A stretch of 64,000 nucleotides of DNA from positions 92,656 to 156,655 of the forward strand of contig JAFZKH010000007.1 of NCBI GenBank assembly GCA_017553685.1, given 5' to 3'. Positions 21,531-31,847 of this stretch are shown here, piece after piece (the stretch's first letter is position 1; each line of letters begins with the position of its first letter). The position numbers were made by a program, and so were the translations under genes. The notes under the pieces were generated by a model. That model searched no databases and was not told the DNA's origin. It saw only the letters and a list, made by a program, of their open reading frames with translations. The stretch comes from Bacilli bacterium. GTDB lineage: Bacteria > Bacillota_I > Bacilli_A > RF39 > UBA660.

Positions 21531-23027
21531 ATGATAGTAATAGACGGAAAAGAAATAAGAATAAATAGGGCAAACGTTGCAATATCAGAAATAGATGAAG
21601 TTTATATTAGCTTATGTCAAAATATTCTAGATAATGGTGTTGAAACTGAAAATAGAACAGGTGTAAATACTAAAGCAATTGCAGGATGGTCACACACATT
21701 TGATATTAGTAAGTTTTTTCCAATTCCAGAAACAAAATTAGTAGTAGCATCAAACTTTTCTAAAGAAATCCAATGGATTCATCAAGAACAATTAAATGAT
21801 GTTTCTTGGTTAAGAGAAAGAGACAATAATATTTGGGATGAATGGTGTATAGACTCTGATGGTATTTGGAGAGAATATATGCCAGTACAAAAAGACGAGT
21901 ATGGAAAACCATTAAACGGTAATCCAGAAATAGAAGTCCCTTTAATGAGACAGGTATTAAATCATAAAGATGTTGCTAAAAAAGGAGATATAAAAAGACA
22001 ATTTGTGCATGATGGATTTGGCAAAAAAATTAATGTTAGGCCAGATAAAGAATCACTTGAAAGATATATTAAAAAACATGGTGTTATGCCAACAATTAAA
22101 AGAGCAACATATTTTGGAGAAAAATATGCTAATACCATAGGTGAACAATATGGATTTATTAATGCACTATATCAACAACCACAAATTGTTGAATATATGT
22201 TAAAGAATAATCCAACAGATAGAAGAATGATGATAAATCTATGGCAAAGAGCACATTTTGCTAAAGCAGTTCTCCCAAGTTGTGTATTTAATATATTATT
22301 TACAGTTATTGGTGATACATTACATGCATCAGTAATTCAAAGAAGTGCAGATGTTCCAGCAGGTTTACCATTTAATATAGCTCAATACGCGTTATTAGTT
22401 CATCAATTTGCAAAAGCAGCAGGATTAAAAGTAGGAACACTTACATGGGAAATAATGAATGCCCATATATATGTAGATCAAGAAGAACCAATTAGACAAC
22501 AAGTAAGAAGATATAAATATATGAAAGAATATGAAAAACTTATTCTTACATCTACAGATGAAACAGTAGAAAGAAGATATAATAGCGTTAAAAAGAAGTT
22601 TGAATTACTTAATACAAAAGTATTTGCAGGATTAGCATATTTATATTCATCATCTGAACAATTTAAAAATAGAATAAGTGAATATACAAAAGGGGCAGAT
22701 ATTTTAACAGAAGAAATATTTAATAAAATACCAATGTCAAAAAGATATATTATTCTAAATATTGCCTCAAAAGAATTTAATTTAAGATTAATGGAAAACA
22801 ATAGTGAATATGAAGAGGCATTTGAAAGAAAGATAAGTTTTGAGCATATGCTTACAAGAGGCAATCCAAAACTAGAGTTAGAAGATCATGATAGTATATT
22901 TGATTATTCTACAGAATATGTTAAAAAAGGAGATTCATATCTAAAAGAAAACCCTATTGGTAATAAAGAATTAGTACTAAAGGATTATCATCCAACTCCA
23001 TTTATTGCTGTTCCTGTAGCCCAATAA
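21531..23027 (+). CDS. thyA: Thymidylate synthase with large insertions
   Basis: NRTG, IWDEW, NPTDRR, LPSC, QRSADVPAGLPFN, AHIY, C-terminal PVA. Confidence 0.85.
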   Translation: MIVIDGKEIRINRANVAISEIDEVYISLCQNILDNGVETENRTGVNTKAIAGWSHTFDISKFFPIPETKLVVASNFSKEIQWIHQEQLNDVSWLRERDNNIWDEWCIDSDGIWREYMPVQKDEYGKPLNGNPEIEVPLMRQVLNHKDVAKKGDIKRQFVHDGFGKKINVRPDKESLERYIKKHGVMPTIKRATYFGEKYANTIGEQYGFINALYQQPQIVEYMLKNNPTDRRMMINLWQRAHFAKAVLPSCVFNILFTVIGDTLHASVIQRSADVPAGLPFNIAQYALLVHQFAKAAGLKVGTLTWEIMNAHIYVDQEEPIRQQVRRYKYMKEYEKLILTSTDETVERRYNSVKKKFELLNTKVFAGLAYLYSSSEQFKNRISEYTKGADILTEEIFNKIPMSKRYIILNIASKEFNLRLMENNSEYEEAFERKISFEHMLTRGNPKLELEDHDSIFDYSTEYVKKGDSYLKENPIGNKELVLKDYHPTPFIAVPVAQ

Positions 23028-23085
23028 TAGTTTACTTTTATAAATAAAAATAGTATAATACTTTCCAGTTTTGGTGGTGAAAAAG

Positions 23086-24192
23086 ATGAAAAAGGTTATA
23101 GTTGGTATATCTGGTGGTGTAGACTCAATAGTAGCTGCATATTTACTTCAAAAGGAAGGATATGATGTAGAAGGTCTATTTATGAGAAACTGGGATTCAT
23201 CTATTAATAATGATATTAAAGGTAATCCTACACTAAATGAAAATATATGTACTCAGGAACAAGATTATAATGATGCTCTTGATGTATGTAATAAACTTGG
23301 TATTACACTTCATAGAATAGACTTTGTAAAAGAATATTGGGACTATGTATTTACTTACTTTTTAGATGAACTAAAAAAAGGAAGAACACCTAATCCAGAT
23401 ATTATGTGTAACAAATATATTAAATTTGATATGTTTAAAAAAGAAGCAGATAAACTAGGAGCAGATTATATAGCTACTGGTCACTATGCTAGAATGATAG
23501 ATGGTCATTTATATAAAGGTATAGACGATAATAAAGATCAATCTTATTTCTTATCTCAAGTTAGTATAGATAAATTCTCTAACGTATTATTTCCTGTAGG
23601 AGACTTAAAAAAAGAAGAAGTAAGAAAGATAGCTGAAGAACTAAACCTTTCAGTCGCAGACAAAAAAGACTCTACTGGTATATGTTTTATTGGAGAAAGA
23701 AACTTTAAAGAATTTTTAACTAATTATTTACCAAATACACCTGGAGATATCATAGATATAGATACTAATAAGAAAGTAGGAGAGCATATAGGACTTATGT
23801 ATTACACTATTGGTCAAAGAAGAGGACTAGATATTGGTGGTAATGATAAAAGACTATATGTTGTAGGTAAAAACCTAGATAAAAACGTATTATATGTATC
23901 TTTAGGAGATGATACTAAATATCTTCAATCTACATCTTGTATAGTTGAAGATATAAATTACTTATCCGACAAGAGACCTACATCTGCTAGCGCTAAATTT
24001 AGATATAGGCAAAAAGATATACCTGTTACTATAGAGTACTTAGAAGATGGTAATATAGAAGTCTTCTATGACAATGTTAAATCAGTAACTCCTGGGCAGG
24101 CATGTGTTATCTATGATGGTGATGAGTGCATCATTGGAGGTATTATAAAAGAAGTTAGAAAAGATGGAAAGAAATTAGAATACTTATTATAG
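23086..24192 (+). CDS. mnmA: tRNA 2-thiouridylase
   Basis: SGGVDS, TPNPDIMCN, ATGHY, KDQSYFL, DSTGICF, TPGQ. Confidence 0.97.
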   Translation: MKKVIVGISGGVDSIVAAYLLQKEGYDVEGLFMRNWDSSINNDIKGNPTLNENICTQEQDYNDALDVCNKLGITLHRIDFVKEYWDYVFTYFLDELKKGRTPNPDIMCNKYIKFDMFKKEADKLGADYIATGHYARMIDGHLYKGIDDNKDQSYFLSQVSIDKFSNVLFPVGDLKKEEVRKIAEELNLSVADKKDSTGICFIGERNFKEFLTNYLPNTPGDIIDIDTNKKVGEHIGLMYYTIGQRRGLDIGGNDKRLYVVGKNLDKNVLYVSLGDDTKYLQSTSCIVEDINYLSDKRPTSASAKFRYRQKDIPVTIEYLEDGNIEVFYDNVKSVTPGQACVIYDGDECIIGGIIKEVRKDGKKLEYLL

Positions 24193-24214
24193 TATTCTTT
24201 TTTTATGTTATAAT
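24177..24214 (+). repeat. Terminator plus -10 module, copy 1 (copy 2 at 24750-24783), flanking the GNAT gene
   Basis: AGAATACT-loop-AGTATTCT-T tract-ATG(T/C)TATAAT occurs on both sides of the gene. Confidence 0.75.
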
Positions 24215-24229
24215 TTAAATGGTGATATT

Positions 24230-24748
24230 ATGATAAAACTAGTACCTTTTAAAGATGAAGAAGAAAATTACATATTAATGCAAAGATGGTGTTCTCAAGA
24301 ATTTATTTATGAATGGTTTGAACAAAGAATTCTTTCTTTAGATGAAATCAAACATAAATATAAAACTAAGCTTAACTTAATGGAACAAGATCTATTCTTT
24401 ATACATTATAATGGTGAAAGAATTGGATATGTTCAAATATATAAATATAATAATAAATTATATGGAGATTTATCTAAATATAATAATATATATGAATTAG
24501 ATCTATTTATAGGAGAAGAATCCTATCTTTCTAAAGGAATAGGAACCCATATTTTAAACTATATTACTGATTATATATATGATAAGTATAAACCAGAAAC
24601 CATCGTTTTAAGGCCATTTAAACGTAATATCAGAGCAATTAAATGTTACCTTAAATGTAATTATGAAATAATAGATGAATATGATGGAGTAGACTCTTTA
24701 GGTAGGCCTGAAAGATATGCTGTTTTATCTAATGTAAAGGGAAAATAA
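24230..24748 (+). CDS. GNAT acetyltransferase, AAC(6')-Ie-like
   Basis: DLFIGEESYLSKGIGT...P.KRNIRAIKCYLK resembles the AAC(6')-Ie/Im motif. Confidence 0.8.
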   Translation: MIKLVPFKDEEENYILMQRWCSQEFIYEWFEQRILSLDEIKHKYKTKLNLMEQDLFFIHYNGERIGYVQIYKYNNKLYGDLSKYNNIYELDLFIGEESYLSKGIGTHILNYITDYIYDKYKPETIVLRPFKRNIRAIKCYLKCNYEIIDEYDGVDSLGRPERYAVLSNVKGK

Positions 24749-24807
24749 AAGAATACTTTTAGTATTCTTTTTTATGCTATAATGAACTTAGAATAGGAGT
24801 GATAATT

Positions 24808-25686
24808 ATGCAAATTACAGGGCAAGGTATAGGACCATGTGCTAATGTTCCTGCAATATTATATTATTTTGTACAAGGCATTACATTTATACGAATTGCT
24901 ATTCCAATAGTATTAATTATTTGGGCAATTGTTAAATTAGTTTTAGTACATAAATCAAACGATAAAGAATTAATACAAGCAAATAAAAAACCTACTATAA
25001 TTAAATTTGTTACTGCTTTACTAGTATTTATAATACCATGGTTAGCAAGTATAGCAATTGGATTTGCTTCAGATGAAACAAAACCAGATTGGAAAACTTG
25101 TTGGAAAGCAGCTTGGAGTTATAACACTGAACCAGTAGAATTTAAACCTGTTATATATATTTATCCAGAAGAAGAAACTAATATAACTATTACTATACCT
25201 AATAGTGATAAGTTATTAGTATCATATCCAAAATACATTGATGGATGGGATGTTAAAGCATATCCTGATGGTACATTAATTGATAATAAAACTGGCAGAG
25301 AATTATATTCACTATACTATGAATCAAACTATGATATAAAACCTGATATGAATGTAGGATTTGTAGTAAAAGGAGAAGATACAATACCTTTCTTAGAAGA
25401 AAAACTAAATATTATAGGTCTTAATGATAAAGAAACTGAAGAGTTTATCATCTATTGGTTACCAATACTTCAAAATAATAAATATAACTATATATATTTT
25501 GCTAGTACTGAAGAATTAAACAAAACTATGCCTATAGAATTCTCTAAAGAACCAGATACATTAATTAGAACACTAATGATGTATAAACCATTAGATAAAG
25601 AAATTACTGTAAAAGAACAAGAATTAACTAAAGTAACTAGATCGGGTTATACAGTTGTAGAGTGGGGAGGTAGTTTAATAAAATGA
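24808..25686 (+). CDS. Membrane protein: two-TM N-terminal domain fused to a KPVIYxYP-family domain
   Basis: Two TM helices, WKTCW, then KPVIYIYPEE...EFIIYWLP...VVEWGG. Confidence 0.7.
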   Translation: MQITGQGIGPCANVPAILYYFVQGITFIRIAIPIVLIIWAIVKLVLVHKSNDKELIQANKKPTIIKFVTALLVFIIPWLASIAIGFASDETKPDWKTCWKAAWSYNTEPVEFKPVIYIYPEEETNITITIPNSDKLLVSYPKYIDGWDVKAYPDGTLIDNKTGRELYSLYYESNYDIKPDMNVGFVVKGEDTIPFLEEKLNIIGLNDKETEEFIIYWLPILQNNKYNYIYFASTEELNKTMPIEFSKEPDTLIRTLMMYKPLDKEITVKEQELTKVTRSGYTVVEWGGSLIK

Positions 25687-25853
25687 GAAAACCTAATAAT
25701 AAATTAGATTATAAAAGAACTATTAAAATAATTGATTTTATAGCAATAGGAATAATAATATTATTAATAATACTTTCAATACCACTTGGAATATTCTTTA
25801 ATGAAGAACTACCAAGAACTATACATAGCAATCAAGATATTTTTTGGGATTAA
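25683..25853 (+). CDS. Small membrane protein, 56 aa (not in the ORF track)
   Basis: ATGA overlap with the upstream stop, GGAGG RBS; MRKPNNKLDYKRTIKIIDFIAIGIIILLIILSIPLGIFF...; terminator follows. Confidence 0.6.
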   Translation: MRKPNNKLDYKRTIKIIDFIAIGIIILLIILSIPLGIFFNEELPRTIHSNQDIFWD

Positions 25854-25940
25854 AAAGAACATATTAAATGTTCTTTTTTATTTACTTTTACTTGACATTT
25901 ACACTTTACTGACATATAATTAAATTAATAATAGGAGGGT

Positions 25941-26714
25941 ATGTTTATGAACAGACTAAATGAAATATTATCAGAGATAGGGGTATCTAAAGTTAAACTA
26001 GCTAAATACCTAGGAGTATCTAGACAAATGGTATATAATTACTTAGAAATGGATAGTATAAGTGATTGGCCACTTGAGAAAAAAATGAAATTGTTTAATT
26101 TATTAAATATTAAATCTCAAGACGAAATAGATTCTATAGAAGTAGATTCAGATTTTATTAAACATGCTAATAATTTAATTAATGATTCTACTTACTTCTC
26201 TACTTTACAAGAGAAAGGGAGGATCTCATTTAATGACCTTAATAATAATGATCAAAAACTATTAAATGATATTATATCCCTACTTAAGGAAAAGATTGAT
26301 GATGATGAAATTAATGGTAGAAATATGCTTAGATATTTATATTATTTCTTAGAAGTATCTGAAAATAATGAAACTATTAATTATATGTTAGCATATGTAG
26401 CTAAGACTACAGGATTTATTAATGCAAATGAATATGTATTCAATGAAGATGAACAATTTGCATTTGAATCAATACTATATTCAGCTATGGTTATGTATCA
26501 ATCTAAGAGTGCATCTAAAAATAAATTAATTGAAGTACATAAGAAGTTAGAAGATGAAATTAAAGAAAAGCATGAAGAAATACTATCCAGAACACAAGAA
26601 TTAGTATCAGCTCAACAACAAGCTTTAAAAGAACTTGGATATACAGAAATAACACAAGAAAATAGTGCTGAAGTATATGCTAAGATGGCTGAAATTCAAT
26701 CTAGAAATGCATAA
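25941..26714 (+). CDS. XRE-family HTH transcriptional regulator
   Basis: SKVKLAKYLGVSRQMVYNYL; TTGACA-17-TATAAT promoter at about 25893-25921. Confidence 0.8.
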   Translation: MFMNRLNEILSEIGVSKVKLAKYLGVSRQMVYNYLEMDSISDWPLEKKMKLFNLLNIKSQDEIDSIEVDSDFIKHANNLINDSTYFSTLQEKGRISFNDLNNNDQKLLNDIISLLKEKIDDDEINGRNMLRYLYYFLEVSENNETINYMLAYVAKTTGFINANEYVFNEDEQFAFESILYSAMVMYQSKSASKNKLIEVHKKLEDEIKEKHEEILSRTQELVSAQQQALKELGYTEITQENSAEVYAKMAEIQSRNA

Positions 26715-26779
26715 GATATAATTTCATATAATAATTATTATGTTAACTAATATAAATCTATAAAATAAAAGACCTATTA

Positions 26780-27271
26780 TTATAGGTCTTTTTTATTACT
26801 CTTCCCTGCTAATGTTTTATTAATTAATCTAAGTATTTTAATATCAAAATATGTTACTGTTGCTAATGAATCTTCTTTTGGATCCATATCTGATTCAAAC
26901 TTTAATACATCTAAAGAACGAATAGATTGCTTTTTATCATCATACTTCTCTATTACTGTAATAGGTAACTCTTTACCATTATCATGCATTTCAGTATCAA
27001 ATACTTTAGCATCCTTATAAGTATCCATTAAGAATCTTAATCTATTATCATCAAATGAATAGATTTCTGAAACTACATTTATATCATCTAATAATATTTT
27101 AGATTTAGTATCATCTAATTTAGATATAGTACAAATATTACCAAATCTGTGCTTATATCTTTTTCTACCTCTGTGAGGCATTATAAAGAATCTACTGCGT
27201 TCTAAAACATAACAACCATCAGGTGTAGTAATAGTAGCTTGTTTTTTAAACTTAATTGGTTGTTTATTCAT
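26780..27271 (-). CDS. Hypothetical protein (orphan)
   Basis: RBS AGGTGGGGG before ATG 27271; ends in a bidirectional terminator. Confidence 0.7.
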   Translation of the reverse strand: MNKQPIKFKKQATITTPDGCYVLERSRFFIMPHRGRKRYKHRFGNICTISKLDDTKSKILLDDINVVSEIYSFDDNRLRFLMDTYKDAKVFDTEMHDNGKELPITVIEKYDDKKQSIRSLDVLKFESDMDPKEDSLATVTYFDIKILRLINKTLAGKSNKKDL

Positions 27272-27320
27272 ATTAATCCCCCACCTTTCAAATGAAGATA
27301 TTATTATATAAAAAAAAGAC

Positions 27321-28883
27321 CTAATTGTCAATTTTTTCGGTCTTTTTTTCAGTATTATGTTTCTTAAGTTTTATGTATGGACTAGTAGGATCTATTTTAC
27401 CGCCATTATATATAGTAAAATTAATAGCATTTATAGATGATATAGACTCTAAATTAGCTAATTCTAAAACACTATCTTGATAACTATCAGTAGTATGATA
27501 TTTATGTAATAAATGCTTATTATTATCTTGATTCTTTATTACATATTCTCTTAATCTTTTTAAATCACCATCTAGTTCCATATATATATCTAATGGAACT
27601 GCTATAACAGCAGAATTAATAGCAGGTACCATAAAATCATCAGTAGGTTTTCTTATTTCAAAGAATTTATCTATTACTATATGATCATTATCTAAGATAA
27701 ATCCAATATAACCAGTACCATCTTGAGCATTTATATACATTCTAGAAACTATATGTTTACTAAAATCTGCACCATAAGAATAAAACTTTACTTTACTATT
27801 AAATTGTTTTTCTCTTATAAGTCTTTCTTTTTGTTCATCAATAGTTTTTGGTTCTCCCCCACTACATTCTTTATTCTTTTTATATGCAATGTATTCACCA
27901 AATTCTTTAGCATCAAATACAATATTTTTAGGTCCTATAGTTTCATATATAGTAAATTTATTGTTATCTCTAAAACCTAATAATAAATCTATAAGATATT
28001 CATTATTTTTAACTGCATTTTCTAATTCATTATTAAATCTAAAGAACATATCATCATATTCAATACCATTAACAATTAATGGATTTACACCAGGTAATCT
28101 AAGGCCTCTAGCAGTAGGTTTAGTACATTTTTCATAGAATTTATAAGGATAATATATATAATTATTCTTTCTAATAATATTTTTATCACTATTATAATAT
28201 GATAAAGATTGTACTGCTATTAAGTTAGCTAAGTTTTCATAACTAACTTTAATATCTTCTGATCTAAATGCATCAGCAATAGTACGATCATTAATTAATT
28301 CAAATATTTTATCAAGATTAGTCATAAAATCATGAATAAGAGTTAATTGTTTATCTAAGCCTCTTATTGCTTTATATATTTCATCAAATTCAGGGCCTTT
28401 AGCTTTTTCTAAATTTACTTCATATGTAGTTCTTAAACTTGTACCAAATACATATGCTTTTTGTAATACATTTAAAACTAAAGTTCTTTGATAATCATAA
28501 TCTATAGGATTTGAATAAGTAATATCAAGTTTTTCACCATCAAGGTGATTATTAGGGTTAATATGCAATTCTTTAAATAAATCACTTACTATTCTTCTAG
28601 GAGAGAATCCAATAAATAAGCAATCATTTTTATAATCTGGTATTACACTTAAACAGATTTTTTCTTTTATTCTATCTCTAATTTCTTTATTAGTAATAAA
28701 ACTTACTATTTCGTCTACTTTAGAATTATATATCTTTTTAAACATAGGTAAACTTTGTTCGTCAATAAAATATTTATGACGACCATTACCTATAGGTACT
28801 TCTATCTCAGTAGCACTAATTAGATTAAAAGTTTTATCATAATCAAGCGCAAAATATCTACTAGAATTATCTATACATGCCAT
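27321..28883 (-). CDS. Hypothetical protein (orphan)
   Basis: 520-aa ORF with GGAGGGG RBS and TTGACA/TATAAT promoter. Confidence 0.75.
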   Translation of the reverse strand: MACIDNSSRYFALDYDKTFNLISATEIEVPIGNGRHKYFIDEQSLPMFKKIYNSKVDEIVSFITNKEIRDRIKEKICLSVIPDYKNDCLFIGFSPRRIVSDLFKELHINPNNHLDGEKLDITYSNPIDYDYQRTLVLNVLQKAYVFGTSLRTTYEVNLEKAKGPEFDEIYKAIRGLDKQLTLIHDFMTNLDKIFELINDRTIADAFRSEDIKVSYENLANLIAVQSLSYYNSDKNIIRKNNYIYYPYKFYEKCTKPTARGLRLPGVNPLIVNGIEYDDMFFRFNNELENAVKNNEYLIDLLLGFRDNNKFTIYETIGPKNIVFDAKEFGEYIAYKKNKECSGGEPKTIDEQKERLIREKQFNSKVKFYSYGADFSKHIVSRMYINAQDGTGYIGFILDNDHIVIDKFFEIRKPTDDFMVPAINSAVIAVPLDIYMELDGDLKRLREYVIKNQDNNKHLLHKYHTTDSYQDSVLELANLESISSINAINFTIYNGGKIDPTSPYIKLKKHNTEKKTEKIDN

Positions 28884-28950
28884 ATTATCCCCTCCTTTTA
28901 AATTTGAAAATATTATACTTTATTTACTTATTTTGTCAAATAATTAGGGG

Positions 28951-29280
28951 TTATAAATTTCTATTAGGACTATCCTCAAATAGGGATTCTATGTCACCTA
29001 ATGCATTTTTAGCTCTATCTCTAAATTCATCATTTATTTGAGAAGCAGCTGATAAATCTTCATCACTTAATTGACTTTTAAATTCTTCTACTTCTTTTTT
29101 ATATTGTTTTAAAGCTTCTATTTTATCTTCAATACTATTCGAAATAACTTCTACACTATCTAAAGAATTAATTTGATCTAGTGTAACATCATTGGAAGGA
29201 TTACTATAAAGTCCTCTATTTTCAGCAGACTCATCTTCAATATAATCTATTGGTCTTCCATTTAAATTTTCTAATTTCAT
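28951..29280 (-). CDS. Hypothetical acidic protein
   Basis: 109-aa ORF, AAGGAG RBS, follows the phosphomutase gene. Confidence 0.7.
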   Translation of the reverse strand: MKLENLNGRPIDYIEDESAENRGLYSNPSNDVTLDQINSLDSVEVISNSIEDKIEALKQYKKEVEEFKSQLSDEDLSAASQINDEFRDRAKNALGDIESLFEDSPNRNL

Positions 29281-29294
29281 ATATATCTCCTTAT

Positions 29295-30887
29295 TTACTT
29301 ATTTTTTTCAAATATTTGAGTAGTTTTATTTATTAAAGAATCAAGTCTATTTATAGACAATTCTTTAGTAATATCATTAACAAAATAATATACTTTGATT
29401 TTTTTTTCTGTTCCAGAAGGTCTAACCATTATATATTCATTATCATTTATAATAAATTTTAATGCATTTGTTTGATTTTTATCTTCTTTTAAATAATCTA
29501 ATTTCATTTCATAATTAATTAAATTATCATTTCTAAGTTTATTCATAAAATAATCTTTATCATTAGGAATAACATCTATTGTTTTAAATGAATAATAACC
29601 ATATTTAGTATATATTTCATTTAAATAATCATTAAATGTCATATTATTTTTCTTTAAATAACATAGTATTTCAATGAGCATATTAATAGATGAAAAACCA
29701 TTCTTATCATTAACAGCTATATTAAACATATAACCAAGTGATTCTTCAAATCCAAATAAATAATTATCACTATCAGTTATTTTTTCATTAGCTATATTTT
29801 TACATCCTGTAAGTACTTCTTTAACTCTAATTCTGTGTTCCATACATATTTTATCTACTAAATCAGTAGTAACAATACTTCTTACAACATATTTTTTAAA
29901 ATAATCAGAGTTATTAATTATGTAATATAAGAATATAATTCCTATCATATTACCATTTAGTAATTTATAAACATTCTCTTCTTTATACATTATACCTACT
30001 CTATCAGAATCAGGATCTGTAGCAATAATTACATCACTATTATTCTTTTTAGCATATTCTATAGGTAAATCAAAATTATCTATTATTTCAGGATTAGGTT
30101 TAGGAGCATATGTAAATAAAGGATCTATTACACATTGTTCCCCTACTAGATTATATTTAATATTATATTTTTCTAATATATTAGGTACCACATTTATACC
30201 AGTTCCATGTAAAGAAGTATATGTTATTCTTAAATCTTTAGCATACTCTAATAAATCTTTATTAATAAATACCTTTTCATTTTCTTTATCAAACTCTTCA
30301 TAAATAATATCATCTACAATACTGTATTTATCATTATTTTGAGGGCCTTTTTTGACACTTTTATAATCAGTTATATCATTTATATATGGAGTTAATTCTG
30401 ATGTCTCTATAGGCGTTAATTGGCCTCCAAATAAATTATATATTTTTATACCGTTATAAATATATTCATTATGTGATGAAGTAATAACTATTCCTCCATC
30501 TAAATTTAAATGTTTAACTGCAAAAGATACTAAAGGAGTACTAGCTATATCATCAAATATATAAGTTCTTACTCCATAAGCATTAAGAACTAATGCACAT
30601 TCATTAGCAAACTTATAAGAGTTATTTCTAGTATCGTATCCTATTACTACAGCAGGTTTATCACTCTTATTAAGTAAATAAGAAGCATAACCTTTCATAA
30701 TCATACCAATATTATAAATATTAAGTCTATTAGTACCAATACCCATTATGCCTCTTATACCTGCAGTACCAAAAGATAATGTATCTGTAAAACATTCTCT
30801 CTTTTCTTCTTCAGACATATTAAGCATTATTTCTTTATCTTCTTCAGAAACAAATTCTAACCATTTATCATAATTTTCTTTATACAT
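29295..30887 (-). CDS. Phosphoglucomutase/phosphomannomutase
   Basis: FGTAGIRG, ITSSHN phosphoserine, DPDSDR, FEES.G, RPSGTE. Confidence 0.92.
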   Translation of the reverse strand: MYKENYDKWLEFVSEEDKEIMLNMSEEEKRECFTDTLSFGTAGIRGIMGIGTNRLNIYNIGMIMKGYASYLLNKSDKPAVVIGYDTRNNSYKFANECALVLNAYGVRTYIFDDIASTPLVSFAVKHLNLDGGIVITSSHNEYIYNGIKIYNLFGGQLTPIETSELTPYINDITDYKSVKKGPQNNDKYSIVDDIIYEEFDKENEKVFINKDLLEYAKDLRITYTSLHGTGINVVPNILEKYNIKYNLVGEQCVIDPLFTYAPKPNPEIIDNFDLPIEYAKKNNSDVIIATDPDSDRVGIMYKEENVYKLLNGNMIGIIFLYYIINNSDYFKKYVVRSIVTTDLVDKICMEHRIRVKEVLTGCKNIANEKITDSDNYLFGFEESLGYMFNIAVNDKNGFSSINMLIEILCYLKKNNMTFNDYLNEIYTKYGYYSFKTIDVIPNDKDYFMNKLRNDNLINYEMKLDYLKEDKNQTNALKFIINDNEYIMVRPSGTEKKIKVYYFVNDITKELSINRLDSLINKTTQIFEKNK

Positions 30888-30890
30888 AAT

Positions 30891-31769
30891 TTACTCCTTT
30901 TTACTCCTTGGATGAGCATTTTCATATTCTTCTTTTACCATATTATTAGATACATGAGTATATATTTGAGTAGTCTCTATATTTTCATGACCAAGCATAG
31001 TTTGAATACTTCTTAGGTCTGCTCCATGATTTAATAAATGCGTTGCAAATGAATGTCTTAATGTATGAGGTGATAGTTCTTTTTTAATACCTTTATCTCT
31101 CGCTATTTCTTTAAGTATTTTAAAGAAACCTTGTCTACTAAGAGATTCTCCCCTACTATTTAAGAATAATATATCATTTACTTTATTCTTTAATAATGTT
31201 TTTCTATATATATTAATATATTCATATAAATAAGATGTTGCTATCTCATTTATAGGCATTATTCTTTCTTTAGATCCTTTACCAAATATTCTTACTATAT
31301 TTAAATCAAAATCTATATCATTTACATTTAGATTTAATAACTCAGATACTCTAAGACCTGATGAATACATTAATTCAAGCATGGCTTTATTCCTATATTC
31401 AAATGCATTAGTAGGATTTATATCTAATAGTTTATCTATATCTTCTTCAGACAATACTCTAGGAATACTTTTCTTAGTTTTTAAACCAGTAATATCTTCA
31501 CATGGATTAATATCTATTAATGAATTCTTCTCTAAAAAATTAAAATAATTCTTTAAAGTAACTATATGTCTATTTATACTTTTAGGATTAATATCTAAAC
31601 TAGAAATATAATTAATTATATCTTTCTTATCTACACCTTTATACCCTTTATTAACATAGTTAAAAAAGCTATATAAATCTCTTTTATAGGCATCTATTGT
31701 ATTAGAACTAAGTTGTCTTTCAATTATAAGATAATTCATATAATCATATATTTCTTTTTCTATGTCCAT
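30891..31769 (-). CDS. xerD: Site-specific tyrosine recombinase XerD
   Basis: YSSGLRVSEL, GKGSKER, SRQG, HTLRHSFATHLL, LGH...TTQIYTH. Confidence 0.88.
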   Translation of the reverse strand: MDIEKEIYDYMNYLIIERQLSSNTIDAYKRDLYSFFNYVNKGYKGVDKKDIINYISSLDINPKSINRHIVTLKNYFNFLEKNSLIDINPCEDITGLKTKKSIPRVLSEEDIDKLLDINPTNAFEYRNKAMLELMYSSGLRVSELLNLNVNDIDFDLNIVRIFGKGSKERIMPINEIATSYLYEYINIYRKTLLKNKVNDILFLNSRGESLSRQGFFKILKEIARDKGIKKELSPHTLRHSFATHLLNHGADLRSIQTMLGHENIETTQIYTHVSNNMVKEEYENAHPRSKKE

Positions 31770-31847
31770 GTTTGCATATCCTCTATTATAATTATATCAT
31801 AAAAATATTATGTAAACAAAAAAGAACAACTATTGTTGTTCTTTTAT

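Noticed and set aside
21864..22860. Inteins in thyA
   Set aside because: No C/S...HN-C/S/T junctions or LAGLIDADG motifs seen
30891..31769. Tyrosine recombinase as an integron integrase driving the cassettes
   Set aside because: Size and motifs fit housekeeping XerD, with no IntI-specific insertion and no adjacent attC array
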